Shown here: positions 18,862 to 29,170 of the stretch, in pieces
Position numbering within the stretch: position 1 is the stretch's first letter
How the letters are laid out: every line of letters begins with the position of its first letter
Assembly (NCBI GenBank): GCA_023441055.1
Contig: JAEZQY010000018.1
Span: 8,164-72,163, forward strand
Source of the DNA: Bacillota bacterium
Lineage (GTDB): Bacteria; Bacillota; Bacilli; Paenibacillales; UBA4045
Reading direction: 5' to 3'
Length of the DNA stretch: 64,000 nt
The notes under the pieces: generated by a model
Database searches by the model: none
Seen by the model: the letters and a program-made list of their open reading frames with translations, nothing else
Told to the model about the DNA's origin: nothing
Made by a program: the position numbers and the translations under genes

Positions 18862-19547
18862 GAACCTTCACCGATAAATCGATAACCGATTCCCCAGACC
18901 GTTTCAATATGTTGGGGGTTGGATGGATCTTCCTCTAGTTTTTTGCGCAAATGATTAATATACACATTCACCAGATTTGCATCAAATTGATCCAATTTCC
19001 ATACACTCTTGAAAAGCTCTTCCTTCGTATAGACATGGCCTGGTTCTCGCAGGAACAATTCTAGTAAAGCCCCTTCAATTGGTGTCAACGAGACATGGCC
19101 GGCAGGCTTATTCAATCGCAAGGCAGTGACATCATAAGTAAACTCGCCGCAGCTGATTTGGTTATTTTGCCGCAACGGCTTGTACCGACGGAGGTTAGCC
19201 TGGATGCGTGCAATCAGCTCTCTTGGACTGAATGGCTTAGTCACGTAATCATCGGCTCCTAATTCGAGGGTTTCGATCTTACTCTCCTCGAATAGTCTAG
19301 CGCTAAGCACGATGACGGGGATTTCTATCCCTTCTGCTTTTAAGTATGCTAGCAGCTCCTTGCCGTCCAGATCATCCATCATCAAATCCAAAACGATTAG
19401 ATCGATACTATGCTGTTCGAGGAAGCGAATAGCCTCAAGCCCACCCGCCGCTTCGAATGGGATCATGCCGACCTTATGCAGGTGATGGTTGAGAAGTTGA
19501 CGGATTTCTCGATCATCATCGACGACCAGAATACGGTTATTCTCCAT
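18858..19547 (-). CDS. OmpR-family response regulator
   Basis: 'ILVVDDDREI..DLIVLDLMMDDLDG' is the receiver domain. The winged helix is 'LTPIEGALLELFLREPGHVYTKEELF...YINHLRKKLE...IETVWGIGYRF'. Start chosen at the ATG at 19547, behind GGAGG. It overlaps the kinase gene by 4 nt. Confidence 0.9.
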   Translation of the reverse strand: MENNRILVVDDDREIRQLLNHHLHKVGMIPFEAAGGLEAIRFLEQHSIDLIVLDLMMDDLDGKELLAYLKAEGIEIPVIVLSARLFEESKIETLELGADDYVTKPFSPRELIARIQANLRRYKPLRQNNQISCGEFTYDVTALRLNKPAGHVSLTPIEGALLELFLREPGHVYTKEELFKSVWKLDQFDANLVNVYINHLRKKLEEDPSNPQHIETVWGIGYRFIGEGS

Positions 19548-19723
19548 AATAGACCTCCAGCGCCAAGTAGACTTGTACGACTCTATTATACGATACATAT
19601 CTAAATCATGGTTGTTTTACAAAATCCTTTAAGAATTCATTAAGGGTTTCATAGGTTGACTAATGGTAGAATGACAGGAATAGGAGACGTTATTTAGCGA
19701 ACAACCTACTATTTATAGAGGAG

Positions 19724-22700
19724 TTGTCATTAAAAATGGCATATTGTCGGAAAATCCATTCCCACAATGTGAAGTTGGTAGGGATTGTCGGACTGACGGT
19801 TATTCTGTCACTTGTGCTAATGATTCCGGCGCAAGAGGCTTCGGCAGGTGGAGCATGCACGCAAGAGGATATCGACGACGGATGGATTTGTATCTTTGAT
19901 AGAAATGATCTTGAACAAGTTTCGAATGACTTGTCTGGAAAGTATAAACTGGCAAGTGATATCGACTTAGGTCCGGTTTTAAATTGGACGCCGATCGGAA
20001 GTCATCCATCACAACCGTTTACGGGGAAATTCGACGGCAATGGATATGTCATATCCAATATGAATATTTTCGGAAATGATAGTTATAGAGGACTATTCGG
20101 TTATACACAATCTGCGGAAATCAGTAACGTTCGTTTGATCCATGTAAGCATTGATGTGTCTAATGGAGCGAGTTCTGTTGGCGGCCTCATAGGTCGAGCA
20201 AGTTCAGACACGAAGATTGCAAATTCACTGGTTACCGGCAGTATTAAGGCGGTTGGCAGCGGCAGCAAATATGTTGGCGGTCTCATTGGATATGCAACGA
20301 ACACAGAGATAAAAAACGCATCGTTTCATGGCACAGTTGAAGGTGACTCGCTGGTAGGAGGACTGATCGGACTCGGCGTGGCATCAAGTGTGTATGATTC
20401 CCATGCAGCAGGCACGGTCATCGGTGACAGTGTTGTTGGTGGTTTAATCGGGTATTTACAACAAGTAAGCAGCCGAGTTGAACGTTCATATGCTGCCGTG
20501 AATATTGAATTCAAGATGGACTCACCCGAAAACTTTGGTGGTGGTTTTGTGGGTGTATCTATCGACAGTACATATTCATCTAATTTCTGGAACTCCGATC
20601 TGACTTCGACGAACGCCACGGGTGCTGCTGGAAAAAGTACTGCTGAAATGAAAATGACGGCAACCTATTTACCGTCGTGGAATTTTGGTGATCATTGGAA
20701 AATGATTGAGCATGCTTCGTATCCGGTTCCAGTGCATCTGTTCGACGACATTGTACTGAATTCGTTGGTGGTTACGGATGTTACAGATAGTCGAGATGTC
20801 GCGATTGCAATCGATTATGAAGCGGATCAAGGCTATTATCAAATCCCGTTTGTTTATGATACGGATGAGATTAAGCTAAATTTCAATCATTCATCAACAA
20901 GCGAAATCGCGGTTGCATATCGATCTGTTGGCTTTGTTCCAAGTGACGTGTCTGATCACTATCCGGAGTTTACAAGTGCGCCTGCTGGTTGGAATACGGC
21001 TCTTCCTACTACAGTTGGTGCTGATTCGGTCGTAACGATTCCCGTTGATGCTGAGCACACGCAAGTACAGATCGTGGTGCGAGGTCAAGGCAGTGGACCG
21101 GAATCCGTATACAAACTGACCATTGTGCGAGATAACGGGAGTTCTGATTATCCACACCACATTACGACAGCAGAGCAATTAGCCGCTATCGGATCAGGTG
21201 GATACAGCTTGGGTCATCATTATGAGTTGATGGCTGACCTTGATTTGTCGGGGTATGCGAACTGGAACCCGATTGGAGATTTTTACGGGTACTTCGACGG
21301 GAACGATCATGTGATCACGAATTTAACAATCAATAATAACGACTATCAAGGGCTTTTCAGAGAAATTACCACTTCAGGATCGGATATTGGAACCGTCACT
21401 CATTTACATTTGCGAAATGTTGATATTACCGGCAGGGTCTATGTAGGTGGCATTACGGCAAATAACAGCGGTAAGGTGTTGTCTTCGTCCGTTACAGGTA
21501 TTGTGGATGGAAAAGATATTGTCGGTGGAATAGCTGGCCGTCTGCACGGCTCGATTGAACAATCCTATGTCATCGGCGAGATCGTGGGTGCAAATTATGC
21601 AGGAGGACTCGTCGGACAGCTCGTTACGGGCTCGACGATCAATGAATCCTATGCAGCCGTGAACATGACATCAATCCACCCGCATAAATGGATTGGAGGG
21701 TTGATCGGCGGGGGTCCACCCGAAACCATTCTGTATGATATCAATCGTTCCTATTGGGACAATTCTCTACACGAGACATCTGATGCTGGAATCGGGCTTA
21801 ACACGGCGAACATGAAGAAGACAAGCAGCTTTTCGGGTTGGAATTTCAGCACAGACTGGGGTGTAATCGAGAACACGACATACCCGATGCATCGTGTCGG
21901 ATATGAGCAGGTGCTGCTGAACAGCATGCTAATAGACGGCGATCCACTTGCTGGTTTCTCTAGCGGTCAAGGCACTTATACGATATTTAGAGGAAGCGTT
22001 GATCCGATCATGCTGTCTCCGATATTGGCAGCAACTGCTTCGGGATCGACAGTATCTATCGATGACAACAGTGACCTGACAAAGCCTGTCCTATTGTCTT
22101 TGGGTATGAACGAAATCGAGATACAAGTTGATAGTGCCAGCGGAGCATGGACCGGGCTCTATATTCTTCATATATATGTTGATGAGCAAGAACCAGACAT
22201 CGAGATCACTCTTGACCCGAACAGTGTAACCGCAGACGATGTGAAAATCGACGTTAAAGTGGATGGTACAGGCAGCAACATACAGCTCGTAAAATGGGCT
22301 GCAGGCAATCAGAATAAAGCCTACTTTGAGTTATCCGGAACGACGTTAGATGGACCTGATTATTCCTTCACTGTCGGATCCAATAGCGTTTATACCGTTT
22401 ATGCGCGTGACGAGGCAGGCAATGAACGAGTAGAGACCGTTACAATATCCTATATCGTGAAGGATCGCCCGATCATTGGCCTCAATTATGATTCTACGCC
22501 TACGAACGGATCGGTGGCCCTGTCGGTGACAACTGTCGTATATGGCCAGGACGTTGGCAACGCAATCGCAGAATTGCGATGGGCTCCAGGCTCTTTGGCT
22601 GCTGGGTATTTCGCTGGCAGTGCGGGAACGGATGTGATCGACGGACAGTTTCCCGTCACTGAGAATGGCATATATACCGTGTACGCTCTTGATGTGACAG

Positions 22701-24010
22701 GATTGGAAACCGTTGAGACAGTGGATGTGAACTGGATTGTTAAGCAGCCTCCGGTCATCGCGCATGATTATGAGATCACCGCTGCTAGCAGAGCCTCTAT
22801 TACGATTAACGTTACAGCTGCTGTATATGGCTCCGGAGCGGGCAATGGACTTGCTGCACTGAAGTGGGTGAGAGGCGATTATCCCGCCCATGATTTTTCC
22901 AGTGGGAGACTCGGGCAGGATATAACCGCGAGCGGTAGGTTTACAGTCGTCTCCAATGGGAACTATACGATTTATGCTCGGGATACTGCAGGGAATGAGT
23001 CAGCTGCAGCCGTCACCGTGAACAGGATTTCCGATTCGTCCTCCAGCAGTCCGGTGTGCCCTGCGGATGCATGCATTCACCTAGCGCCCGGTGAGGCCAA
23101 GCAGATTGAAGCTGAGGGGCTAATCATGACCATTCCGGCCAACGCTACGAATCAATCTATGACAATCATGCTGAAGAATATTACTTCCCAGTACCCGACG
23201 GAACAATGGATTGGTCAGGTGTATGAGGTGACGAAATCAGTAGCGGGACACTTTCTGAAGCCAGTCACGCTTGAATTCCGCTTCGATCCTGACGCGCTTG
23301 GGGATACCAGCAGACCTGCTATATTCTATTATGACGAGGATCAGGCATTATGGATCGAGCTTGATGGAACCAGAGTGAATAGTATGGATACCGTCCAAGG
23401 CGAAACCAATCACTTTACGAAATTTGCCGTATTAGCTGTACAGGACGAAGCTGCCGAGCCCGGTCTACAAGAGCCGGATGCTGCGTTCTCCGATATGGGT
23501 GGACATTGGGCCAGACCTTTTATTATACGAGCTGTCCGCGAAGGGTTTGTGAACGGATATACGGATGGCACCTTCCGACCGAACCAAGCTGTGACACGTG
23601 CTGAGTTCACGGTTATGATGGCGAGAGCTCTGCGGCTTAACAGTGGAGATGAGGCGGCCTTCAAGGATAAGCATTCGATTCCGGTATGGGCAAGACAAGA
23701 GGCAGCCGCGGCAGTCTCAGCCGGGATATTATCGGGATATGATGATGGTACATTCCGGCCGTATGGCGCGATCAATCGCGCAGAAATGGCTGTTATGGCA
23801 GCCAGAGCAGCAGGGCATACCCCAGACAAGAGTGTAGAAACCCCGTTCGCCGACAACGCAGACATTCCGAATTGGGCGAGACCTTATGTGGCAGCTGCGT
23901 ATGAATCCGGATTAATTGTGGGTAGAGGCGGAAACCAATTTGCTGCGAACGCTTCATTGACCCGGGCAGAAGCTGTTATTATTGTGCTTAGACTTGGAAA
24001 GTTTGTATAA
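19724..24010 (+). CDS. large cell-surface protein: signal peptide, two GLUG-motif modules, three Ig-like repeats, three C-terminal SLH domains
   Basis: Signal peptide ending '..PAQEASA'. There are many 'VGGLIG/ GGLVG' GLUG repeats. The three ~95-aa repeats end in 'YTVYARDEAGNE', 'YTVYALDVTGLE' and 'YTIYARDTAGNE'. SLH motifs include 'FSDMGGHWA..FRPNQAVTRAEF'. Confidence 0.85.
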   Translation: MSLKMAYCRKIHSHNVKLVGIVGLTVILSLVLMIPAQEASAGGACTQEDIDDGWICIFDRNDLEQVSNDLSGKYKLASDIDLGPVLNWTPIGSHPSQPFTGKFDGNGYVISNMNIFGNDSYRGLFGYTQSAEISNVRLIHVSIDVSNGASSVGGLIGRASSDTKIANSLVTGSIKAVGSGSKYVGGLIGYATNTEIKNASFHGTVEGDSLVGGLIGLGVASSVYDSHAAGTVIGDSVVGGLIGYLQQVSSRVERSYAAVNIEFKMDSPENFGGGFVGVSIDSTYSSNFWNSDLTSTNATGAAGKSTAEMKMTATYLPSWNFGDHWKMIEHASYPVPVHLFDDIVLNSLVVTDVTDSRDVAIAIDYEADQGYYQIPFVYDTDEIKLNFNHSSTSEIAVAYRSVGFVPSDVSDHYPEFTSAPAGWNTALPTTVGADSVVTIPVDAEHTQVQIVVRGQGSGPESVYKLTIVRDNGSSDYPHHITTAEQLAAIGSGGYSLGHHYELMADLDLSGYANWNPIGDFYGYFDGNDHVITNLTINNNDYQGLFREITTSGSDIGTVTHLHLRNVDITGRVYVGGITANNSGKVLSSSVTGIVDGKDIVGGIAGRLHGSIEQSYVIGEIVGANYAGGLVGQLVTGSTINESYAAVNMTSIHPHKWIGGLIGGGPPETILYDINRSYWDNSLHETSDAGIGLNTANMKKTSSFSGWNFSTDWGVIENTTYPMHRVGYEQVLLNSMLIDGDPLAGFSSGQGTYTIFRGSVDPIMLSPILAATASGSTVSIDDNSDLTKPVLLSLGMNEIEIQVDSASGAWTGLYILHIYVDEQEPDIEITLDPNSVTADDVKIDVKVDGTGSNIQLVKWAAGNQNKAYFELSGTTLDGPDYSFTVGSNSVYTVYARDEAGNERVETVTISYIVKDRPIIGLNYDSTPTNGSVALSVTTVVYGQDVGNAIAELRWAPGSLAAGYFAGSAGTDVIDGQFPVTENGIYTVYALDVTGLETVETVDVNWIVKQPPVIAHDYEITAASRASITINVTAAVYGSGAGNGLAALKWVRGDYPAHDFSSGRLGQDITASGRFTVVSNGNYTIYARDTAGNESAAAVTVNRISDSSSSSPVCPADACIHLAPGEAKQIEAEGLIMTIPANATNQSMTIMLKNITSQYPTEQWIGQVYEVTKSVAGHFLKPVTLEFRFDPDALGDTSRPAIFYYDEDQALWIELDGTRVNSMDTVQGETNHFTKFAVLAVQDEAAEPGLQEPDAAFSDMGGHWARPFIIRAVREGFVNGYTDGTFRPNQAVTRAEFTVMMARALRLNSGDEAAFKDKHSIPVWARQEAAAAVSAGILSGYDDGTFRPYGAINRAEMAVMAARAAGHTPDKSVETPFADNADIPNWARPYVAAAYESGLIVGRGGNQFAANASLTRAEAVIIVLRLGKFV

Positions 24011-24084
24011 GAGAAAAAAGGCTTGATTTTTTATCAGTTGAGTAGTAAAGTGATAATAGTTCAGTAATTGGGGGGGAAGGTGAA

Positions 24085-24531
24085 ATGAGAAGTACGAATA
24101 CGCTAGGCACTTTAATCTGGTTTCGCTTTCTCCGGTTTACGAATCGCAGCCAACAGATGACCAATGATTTTTTGAAGCGATATGACCTCACTACCGCCCA
24201 ATTTGATGTTCTCATGCAGGTTCGCACGTACCAGCCACTAAACCAGATGGAATTGGCCAAGAAGGTGACGGTGACGGAAGGAGGTATTTCGCGCATGCTG
24301 GCACGATTGGAGAAGGAAGGATATATTACGCGCAAGCAAGGCTGGAAAACGAAGACGATCAGTTTGACGGAAAAAGCAAATATAATAATGGATCAAGCTT
24401 TTCCAGCGCAATTGGCTTTCCAAACCTCCTTCTTCGATGAAGTGCTGTCCAAGGAAGAACAGAAAACGTTGTATTCCCTTGTTTCAAAACTGGAGAAGCA
24501 TAGTCAGACCAAGAGACTCCCTCCAGACTGA
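24085..24531 (+). CDS. MarR family transcriptional regulator
   Basis: '[12 protein letters not shown]...[33 protein letters not shown]' is a MarR winged HTH. Confidence 0.85.
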   Translation: MRSTNTLGTLIWFRFLRFTNRSQQMTNDFLKRYDLTTAQFDVLMQVRTYQPLNQMELAKKVTVTEGGISRMLARLEKEGYITRKQGWKTKTISLTEKANIIMDQAFPAQLAFQTSFFDEVLSKEEQKTLYSLVSKLEKHSQTKRLPPD

Positions 24532-24544
24532 TTTTTTTTGCAGT

Positions 24545-24566
24545 TTCACTTGACTAGTCAAGTGAA
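24545..24566. promoter_or_regulatory. perfect 22-bp palindrome (candidate MarR operator / stem-loop)
   Basis: 'ttcacttgactagtcaagtgaa' is self-complementary over all 22 nt. It lies between the MarR gene and the LLM gene. Confidence 0.45.
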
Positions 24567-24622
24567 CGAGCGAGGACTTGTACCGCAAATTGCTTTGAGA
24601 AAATAATGAGGAGCGTGTAAAC

Positions 24623-25678
24623 ATGGAAAAGTATCGTATCGATAATGCTAAGGGAATGGAGATTGGATTTTATTCAGTAGGCGAACACACGTTAAACCCG
24701 CATACAGGTAATAAGATCAGCACTCAGGAGCGGATACATGAATTGATTGAGGCAAGTAAATTGGCCGAGGAAGCAGGTCTTGATGTATTCGCAGTTGGAG
24801 AACGACATCAGGATGACACTGCAACTCAAGCTCATTCTGTTATTATTAGCGCAATTGCTCAGGCGACGGAAAAGATTAAACTTGCCAGCTCTGCAACGGT
24901 ATTAAGTGTACATGATCCGGTGCGTATCTATGAGGACTTCGCTACGATTGATCTGATCTCGGGCGGTAGAGCTGAAATTATCGCGGGCAGGGGATCAACC
25001 ATAGGGACGTATTACACGCTCGGATATAACGTAAATGATTATGAGCGATTATTTGAGGAGAAATTTGATCTGCTGCTCAAGCTGAACGACGAGGAGCGTG
25101 TTACATGGGAAGGGGAATTTCGCTCACCGCTCAAGGATGCGCATATCATGCCTCGGCCGCTGAATGGTCAGCTTCCAATATGGAGAGCAGTAGGAGGTTC
25201 GCCAGAAAGTGCCATTAAGGCGGGCCTTGCTGGAGTGCCTATGACGCTGGCTACACTTGGTGGTCCTTCACGCAATTTCAAGCCGTCGGTGGACGCATAT
25301 CGACAAGCGGCAGAACATGCCGGCCATGACGCCTCTGCTCTGCCTGTAGCGATGACTGCCATGCTCTATGCCGCAGAAAATTCACAGGATGCGCAGAACG
25401 AGTTTTATCCGCATATCGATCATGTCTTCCGAGTCATGCGCGGTACTTCATTTCCGAAGGAGCGGGTCTTGCAATCGGCTGATGTTGAGGATGCATTGAT
25501 GGTCGGCAGCCCTCAGCTAATTATTGAGAAGATACTTCGGCAGCGCGAATTATTCGGTCATCAACGCGTGCTGCTGCAGATGGATCTTGGGGGCATTCCT
25601 TATGATAAGCTTGCAAGGAGCATTGAGCTTGTCGCTACACAAATCGCGCCTGCCATACGCAAATATACGGCCTCATAA
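24623..25678 (+). CDS. LLM-class flavin-dependent oxidoreductase (paralogue of 1882..2919)
   Basis: 351 aa. It carries the same motifs as the first copy ('GLDVFAVGERH', 'DLISGGRAEIIAGRG', 'FGHQRVLLQMDLGGIP'). Confidence 0.9.
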   Translation: MEKYRIDNAKGMEIGFYSVGEHTLNPHTGNKISTQERIHELIEASKLAEEAGLDVFAVGERHQDDTATQAHSVIISAIAQATEKIKLASSATVLSVHDPVRIYEDFATIDLISGGRAEIIAGRGSTIGTYYTLGYNVNDYERLFEEKFDLLLKLNDEERVTWEGEFRSPLKDAHIMPRPLNGQLPIWRAVGGSPESAIKAGLAGVPMTLATLGGPSRNFKPSVDAYRQAAEHAGHDASALPVAMTAMLYAAENSQDAQNEFYPHIDHVFRVMRGTSFPKERVLQSADVEDALMVGSPQLIIEKILRQRELFGHQRVLLQMDLGGIPYDKLARSIELVATQIAPAIRKYTAS

Positions 25679-25690
25679 ATCTTATTCCCA
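25645..25690 (+). repeat. 46-bp direct repeat, copy 1 (3' end of LLM gene)
   Basis: 'cgcgcctgccatacgcaaatatacggcctcataaatcTtattccca'. It is identical to 29414..29459 at 45 of 46 positions. Confidence 0.9.
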
Positions 25691-26039
25691 ACCATAAAGC
25701 AAGCTTTTCTTGTATCCGACTGCCCCGATGAGGTTGATATCGACAAGGTGAGGAAGTCCACGGTTTACTGATTGCGTCGATCGTTTTATTAGTCATAGGT
25801 CAGTTTGGGGCAGGGCTAGTCGGATGAGTTGCCTATGCAGAACGAAATCCAAAGCCGCCAAAGGCTAGTCCTGTTAACTTCAGACGGCGCAACAACCTTA
25901 ATAATGGAAACCCCGATCACTTGTGGTCGGGGTTTCTGTTGATGCATAGTACTCAACTGCCTGATATGAAGCATTAAGTTTGTTAAAAAGTGAAAGATGT
26001 TAGGGATTGCTCTCATTCTTGAAAACGGTTTTATTCGGT

Positions 26040-26125
26040 TTACGTTCTGGACTATGCACCATTCCGCTTCTGCGCGGGTCGCCGTTGTGTTCGGGAAAAC
26101 AGGTTGTTACCCCTTCCGTTCATTA
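26040..26125 (-). pseudogene. remnant of an SLH-domain C-terminus
   Basis: The minus strand reads 'MNGRGNNLF', then with a frame change 'PNTTATRAEAEW'. This is the G.G.N.F.P....TRAEA pattern seen in the intact SLH domains of this window. It is interrupted by stops and a frameshift. Confidence 0.35.
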
Positions 26126-26427
26126 AGCCCCTGTTGCTCTGTTGCTCCGTGCATCAACATTCTAGTAGAACGACATAAAATATTACGGTGGTTACATTGA
26201 TTTTTTTTCTGCCGTTGTCATAGTAACCGCTCTTATCTTGATCAACAAACCACTCTTAACTGTGCCTTTCGAAGAAGTTCAAATACCCTTGCTCATCGGG
26301 CTCATCGCCTGTGAATTTAGGCGACAACCTCCGTTTTGTTAAGCAACGGATCTCGTGAGCTTGTCAATTTCTTCGAAGAACCTATATAATCGGAGATGAA
26401 TCGCCCTTTTCAGGAGGAAACCTGATC

Positions 26428-27258
26428 ATGACAAAGTCAGTTCTGCACGAATCTTCTGTGATATACGCCAATTACTTCACGCACACGAAGCCCTACTCCG
26501 TCAAGTTTGAAGACGGGCTGAACTTCTACCTGTTCCGGCTTCAGGCAGAAGGGACCTGCCGTGCACTGGTGGCAGGGGAATACGAGACTATCATCCCGGG
26601 CGACCTGCTCATTTATCCGCCTGATCAGCCATATGAACTAGAGGTGCAGCCCCGAACCGCCCCGGAATCAGGTGCAATTGACCCCGTCGGAGACTATTTC
26701 CTGATTGGCAGAGGCGAATGGCTGGACTCATGGTGGAATAACAAAGATTTGCCCACCAAAACGAATATCGGTTTTGACGATACGGTTCTTACCTTATGGA
26801 AGCATATCATCAGCGAAAAGAAAAAAGTAATGCAGAACCAAGAGGAGATCTTGGATTATCTGCTTAGAACGTTTTGTCTGACGCTGGAGGAAGTGATTCA
26901 GGTCAAGCAACGTACCAAGAGAGCGGATATCGCGTACAAGCTTAAGTTATTCATAGAAAATCACGCTCATGAACCTCTCAGTTTGGATAAAATAGCGGCC
27001 TCCGTCGGATTAAGCGTCTCTCGTTGCTCCTATCTGTTCAAAGCCGCGTTCGGCCAATCGCTGTTCGCCTACTGTATTGACGTCAGACTAAAGCTTGCGC
27101 AGCAGCAGGTACTGTACAGCAAACTTACGCTGGAGCAGATTGCCGAGAAGACGGGTTTCCCGAGCTACCCTCATTTCTGCCGCGTGTTCCGTGAGCGATT
27201 CAGATATCCTCCGGGACAATATCGGCGCGAATTCGGATTCGGCTTTCATCCTGATTGA
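26428..27258 (+). CDS. AraC family transcriptional regulator (cupin-like N-domain + HTH_18)
   Basis: The C-terminus, 'LSLDKIAASVGLSVSRCSYLFKAAFGQS...LEQIAEKTGFPSYPHFCRVFRERFRYPPGQYR', is the AraC double HTH. Confidence 0.85.
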   Translation: MTKSVLHESSVIYANYFTHTKPYSVKFEDGLNFYLFRLQAEGTCRALVAGEYETIIPGDLLIYPPDQPYELEVQPRTAPESGAIDPVGDYFLIGRGEWLDSWWNNKDLPTKTNIGFDDTVLTLWKHIISEKKKVMQNQEEILDYLLRTFCLTLEEVIQVKQRTKRADIAYKLKLFIENHAHEPLSLDKIAASVGLSVSRCSYLFKAAFGQSLFAYCIDVRLKLAQQQVLYSKLTLEQIAEKTGFPSYPHFCRVFRERFRYPPGQYRREFGFGFHPD

Positions 27259-27266
27259 TGCAGGCG

Positions 27267-28763
27267 TTAGACTTCTGTGTATAAAACCTGATTATTTTGA
27301 ACGAGTATGGCATGCAACTGATCATACTTAACATTCTGAACGATGCCGTCTACATCAAGCGCCAGTGCGGCTGCGGTCGCAGCCGATTGTCCCAGAATCA
27401 TAAATACGGGCTCCATCCGGATCGAGCCGTAGGCTGCATGGGTAGCGGAGACGCATACCGGTACAATCAGATTGGTGCACTCCGTCCGTTTCGGCACAAT
27501 CGCCCGATAGCTTATCGGATAAGGTGCTGCCAATTTGACATAAAAACCGCCCTCCGTGCTCACATGCCCGTCTTCGTTGACATAGTACTGGGTGTGGTGC
27601 GAGTCCATAGCAAAGGAGCCCATACCTATGGAATCCCGCACCGGGTCTTCAAGTCTGACCACATGCTCCGTCACCACATAATCGCCGATCATTCTGCGGG
27701 ATTCTCTAACGTACAACTGGGGAGTCCAGTGGCCGCTTTCGACAAATTCATCGAGCGGCAGTCCCCAAGGCTTGTAGAATGCCCGAATGTCCTCTGGAAC
27801 TCGCAGGTGATTCTGAATAGTCCAGACATAACCTTGCTGATAGAGGCGATGGGCATTCCGAATTTGCTCCCGAGTATGATAATCCGCCTCCGCGTAGTTA
27901 TGATTCATGCCGTTGTAATCCGTGGAAATGCCGCTGTTGTTATTTGAATCCGTCTTATCCGAGGTTACTCTGTTCAATTTAAAAAACTTCGAACTCTGCC
28001 CTTGCTCAATGGCTCGGAATAGAATTTCATAATCGGCTTCGTTATAGCCTTCGGGTTTTTCAATCTCCAGGCGGTTGTCTGGGTTGTTCGTCAAACACAT
28101 GCGGAAATTATAGGCCTGAAGCTTGTTGTCCCCATCGCCGATGTTGCCGCCGCGGTCCGAATTGACGCGCAAAAGCAAGCCGCTTGAAGGCGCCCCTTTC
28201 ACCACATAAGGGTCGATTCCGCCGGGAAGCTCATTGCCGGGACGAATACCGTTTAAAGTCTCCCCGTATTGTGAATTGGATTCCCGGCCGACAAAATAGG
28301 ATACGCCGGCGTTGCCCATTAGATCCCCTTCATAAGTGGCGTCAATAAACACCCGTCCGCTATAGACGTTCCCGGATTCCAGGCGAATGGAGACGATTGT
28401 TGATCCTTGTTTGAGAACTCCATCCTCCAGCGCAAGTCTCTCCCCGCAGACGACTTCAATGTTGTATTCCACCACCCAATCTTGCAACACTTCGAGCGCT
28501 ACTTTGGGTTCAAAAAGCCAACAAGGCCCTTCTTGTGAATATTTACGGGCTACTCGTTGATAAAAAGCTAAGGCTAAGCCGCCGATCGCTTGTTTCATCC
28601 CCACATCCGTATCTCCAAGTCCTCCGCTGGTTAATCCGCCAATTCGCTGGCTCTGCTCGATCACTATAACGCTTTTACCCATTATTCTGGCCTGAACTGC
28701 CGCCGCAATGCCTGCAGCCGTTCCTCCGTAAATGACAATATCATACTGTTTATCCTGGCTCAT
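27267..28763 (-). CDS. FAD-dependent oxidoreductase (FAD_oxidored / 'xanthan-lyase-annotated' family)
   Basis: The N-terminal Rossmann region is 'YDIVIYGGTAAGIAAAVQARIMGKSVIVIEQSQRIGGLTSGG'. 498 aa. Confidence 0.8.
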   Translation of the reverse strand: MSQDKQYDIVIYGGTAAGIAAAVQARIMGKSVIVIEQSQRIGGLTSGGLGDTDVGMKQAIGGLALAFYQRVARKYSQEGPCWLFEPKVALEVLQDWVVEYNIEVVCGERLALEDGVLKQGSTIVSIRLESGNVYSGRVFIDATYEGDLMGNAGVSYFVGRESNSQYGETLNGIRPGNELPGGIDPYVVKGAPSSGLLLRVNSDRGGNIGDGDNKLQAYNFRMCLTNNPDNRLEIEKPEGYNEADYEILFRAIEQGQSSKFFKLNRVTSDKTDSNNNSGISTDYNGMNHNYAEADYHTREQIRNAHRLYQQGYVWTIQNHLRVPEDIRAFYKPWGLPLDEFVESGHWTPQLYVRESRRMIGDYVVTEHVVRLEDPVRDSIGMGSFAMDSHHTQYYVNEDGHVSTEGGFYVKLAAPYPISYRAIVPKRTECTNLIVPVCVSATHAAYGSIRMEPVFMILGQSAATAAALALDVDGIVQNVKYDQLHAILVQNNQVLYTEV

Positions 28764-29035
28764 TGTACTCCTCCTCCATGATTGTCCTGCTTACAAACGT
28801 TATTATAAACCGGTTTCTGATTGGGTGAGAATGATGGATCTTCCTTTTTCACTTGATCAATCTTACTGTTTTTCGGATTGCCGCCGGAGGGGATCGGGAT
28901 AGTGTAGGACAGTTGAAATTCATGTTCATTTTATATTCCCCTTTTCGTTAAGATAGCTTTATTATAGAAGGGGGAGTGTGACACCCTGTCACGCTCCAAG
29001 CGTGCGCGACAGTTCAGAAGTCGGGAGGAATAGCC

Positions 29036-29146
29036 ATGTGGGAGAGCAATCAGCGAGCGCCGATTCCTTATGAGGAAGAAAGGGAACTGCTTAAACGATA
29101 TAGGGAAGCGAAGAGGACACGGGACAAGGAAGCGAAAGAACAATAG
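29036..29146 (+). CDS. 36-aa highly charged ORF, possibly a sigma-factor N-terminal fragment
   Basis: A GGGAGGA RBS sits 6 nt upstream. 'MWESNQRAPIPYEEERELLKRYREAKRTRDKEAKEQ' resembles the start of sigma-70 region 2 proteins but stops early. Confidence 0.25.
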   Translation: MWESNQRAPIPYEEERELLKRYREAKRTRDKEAKEQ

Positions 29147-29170
29147 ATAAAGGCTTTAATTCGTTAATAT

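Noticed and set aside
25816-26200. Two ~66-aa ORFs (25816..26016 minus strand, 25997..26200 plus strand) in the gap after the LLM gene.
   Set aside because: Neither has an RBS or a recognisable fold. The region is better explained as decayed remnants, since the SLH-like fragment crosses them in other frames.
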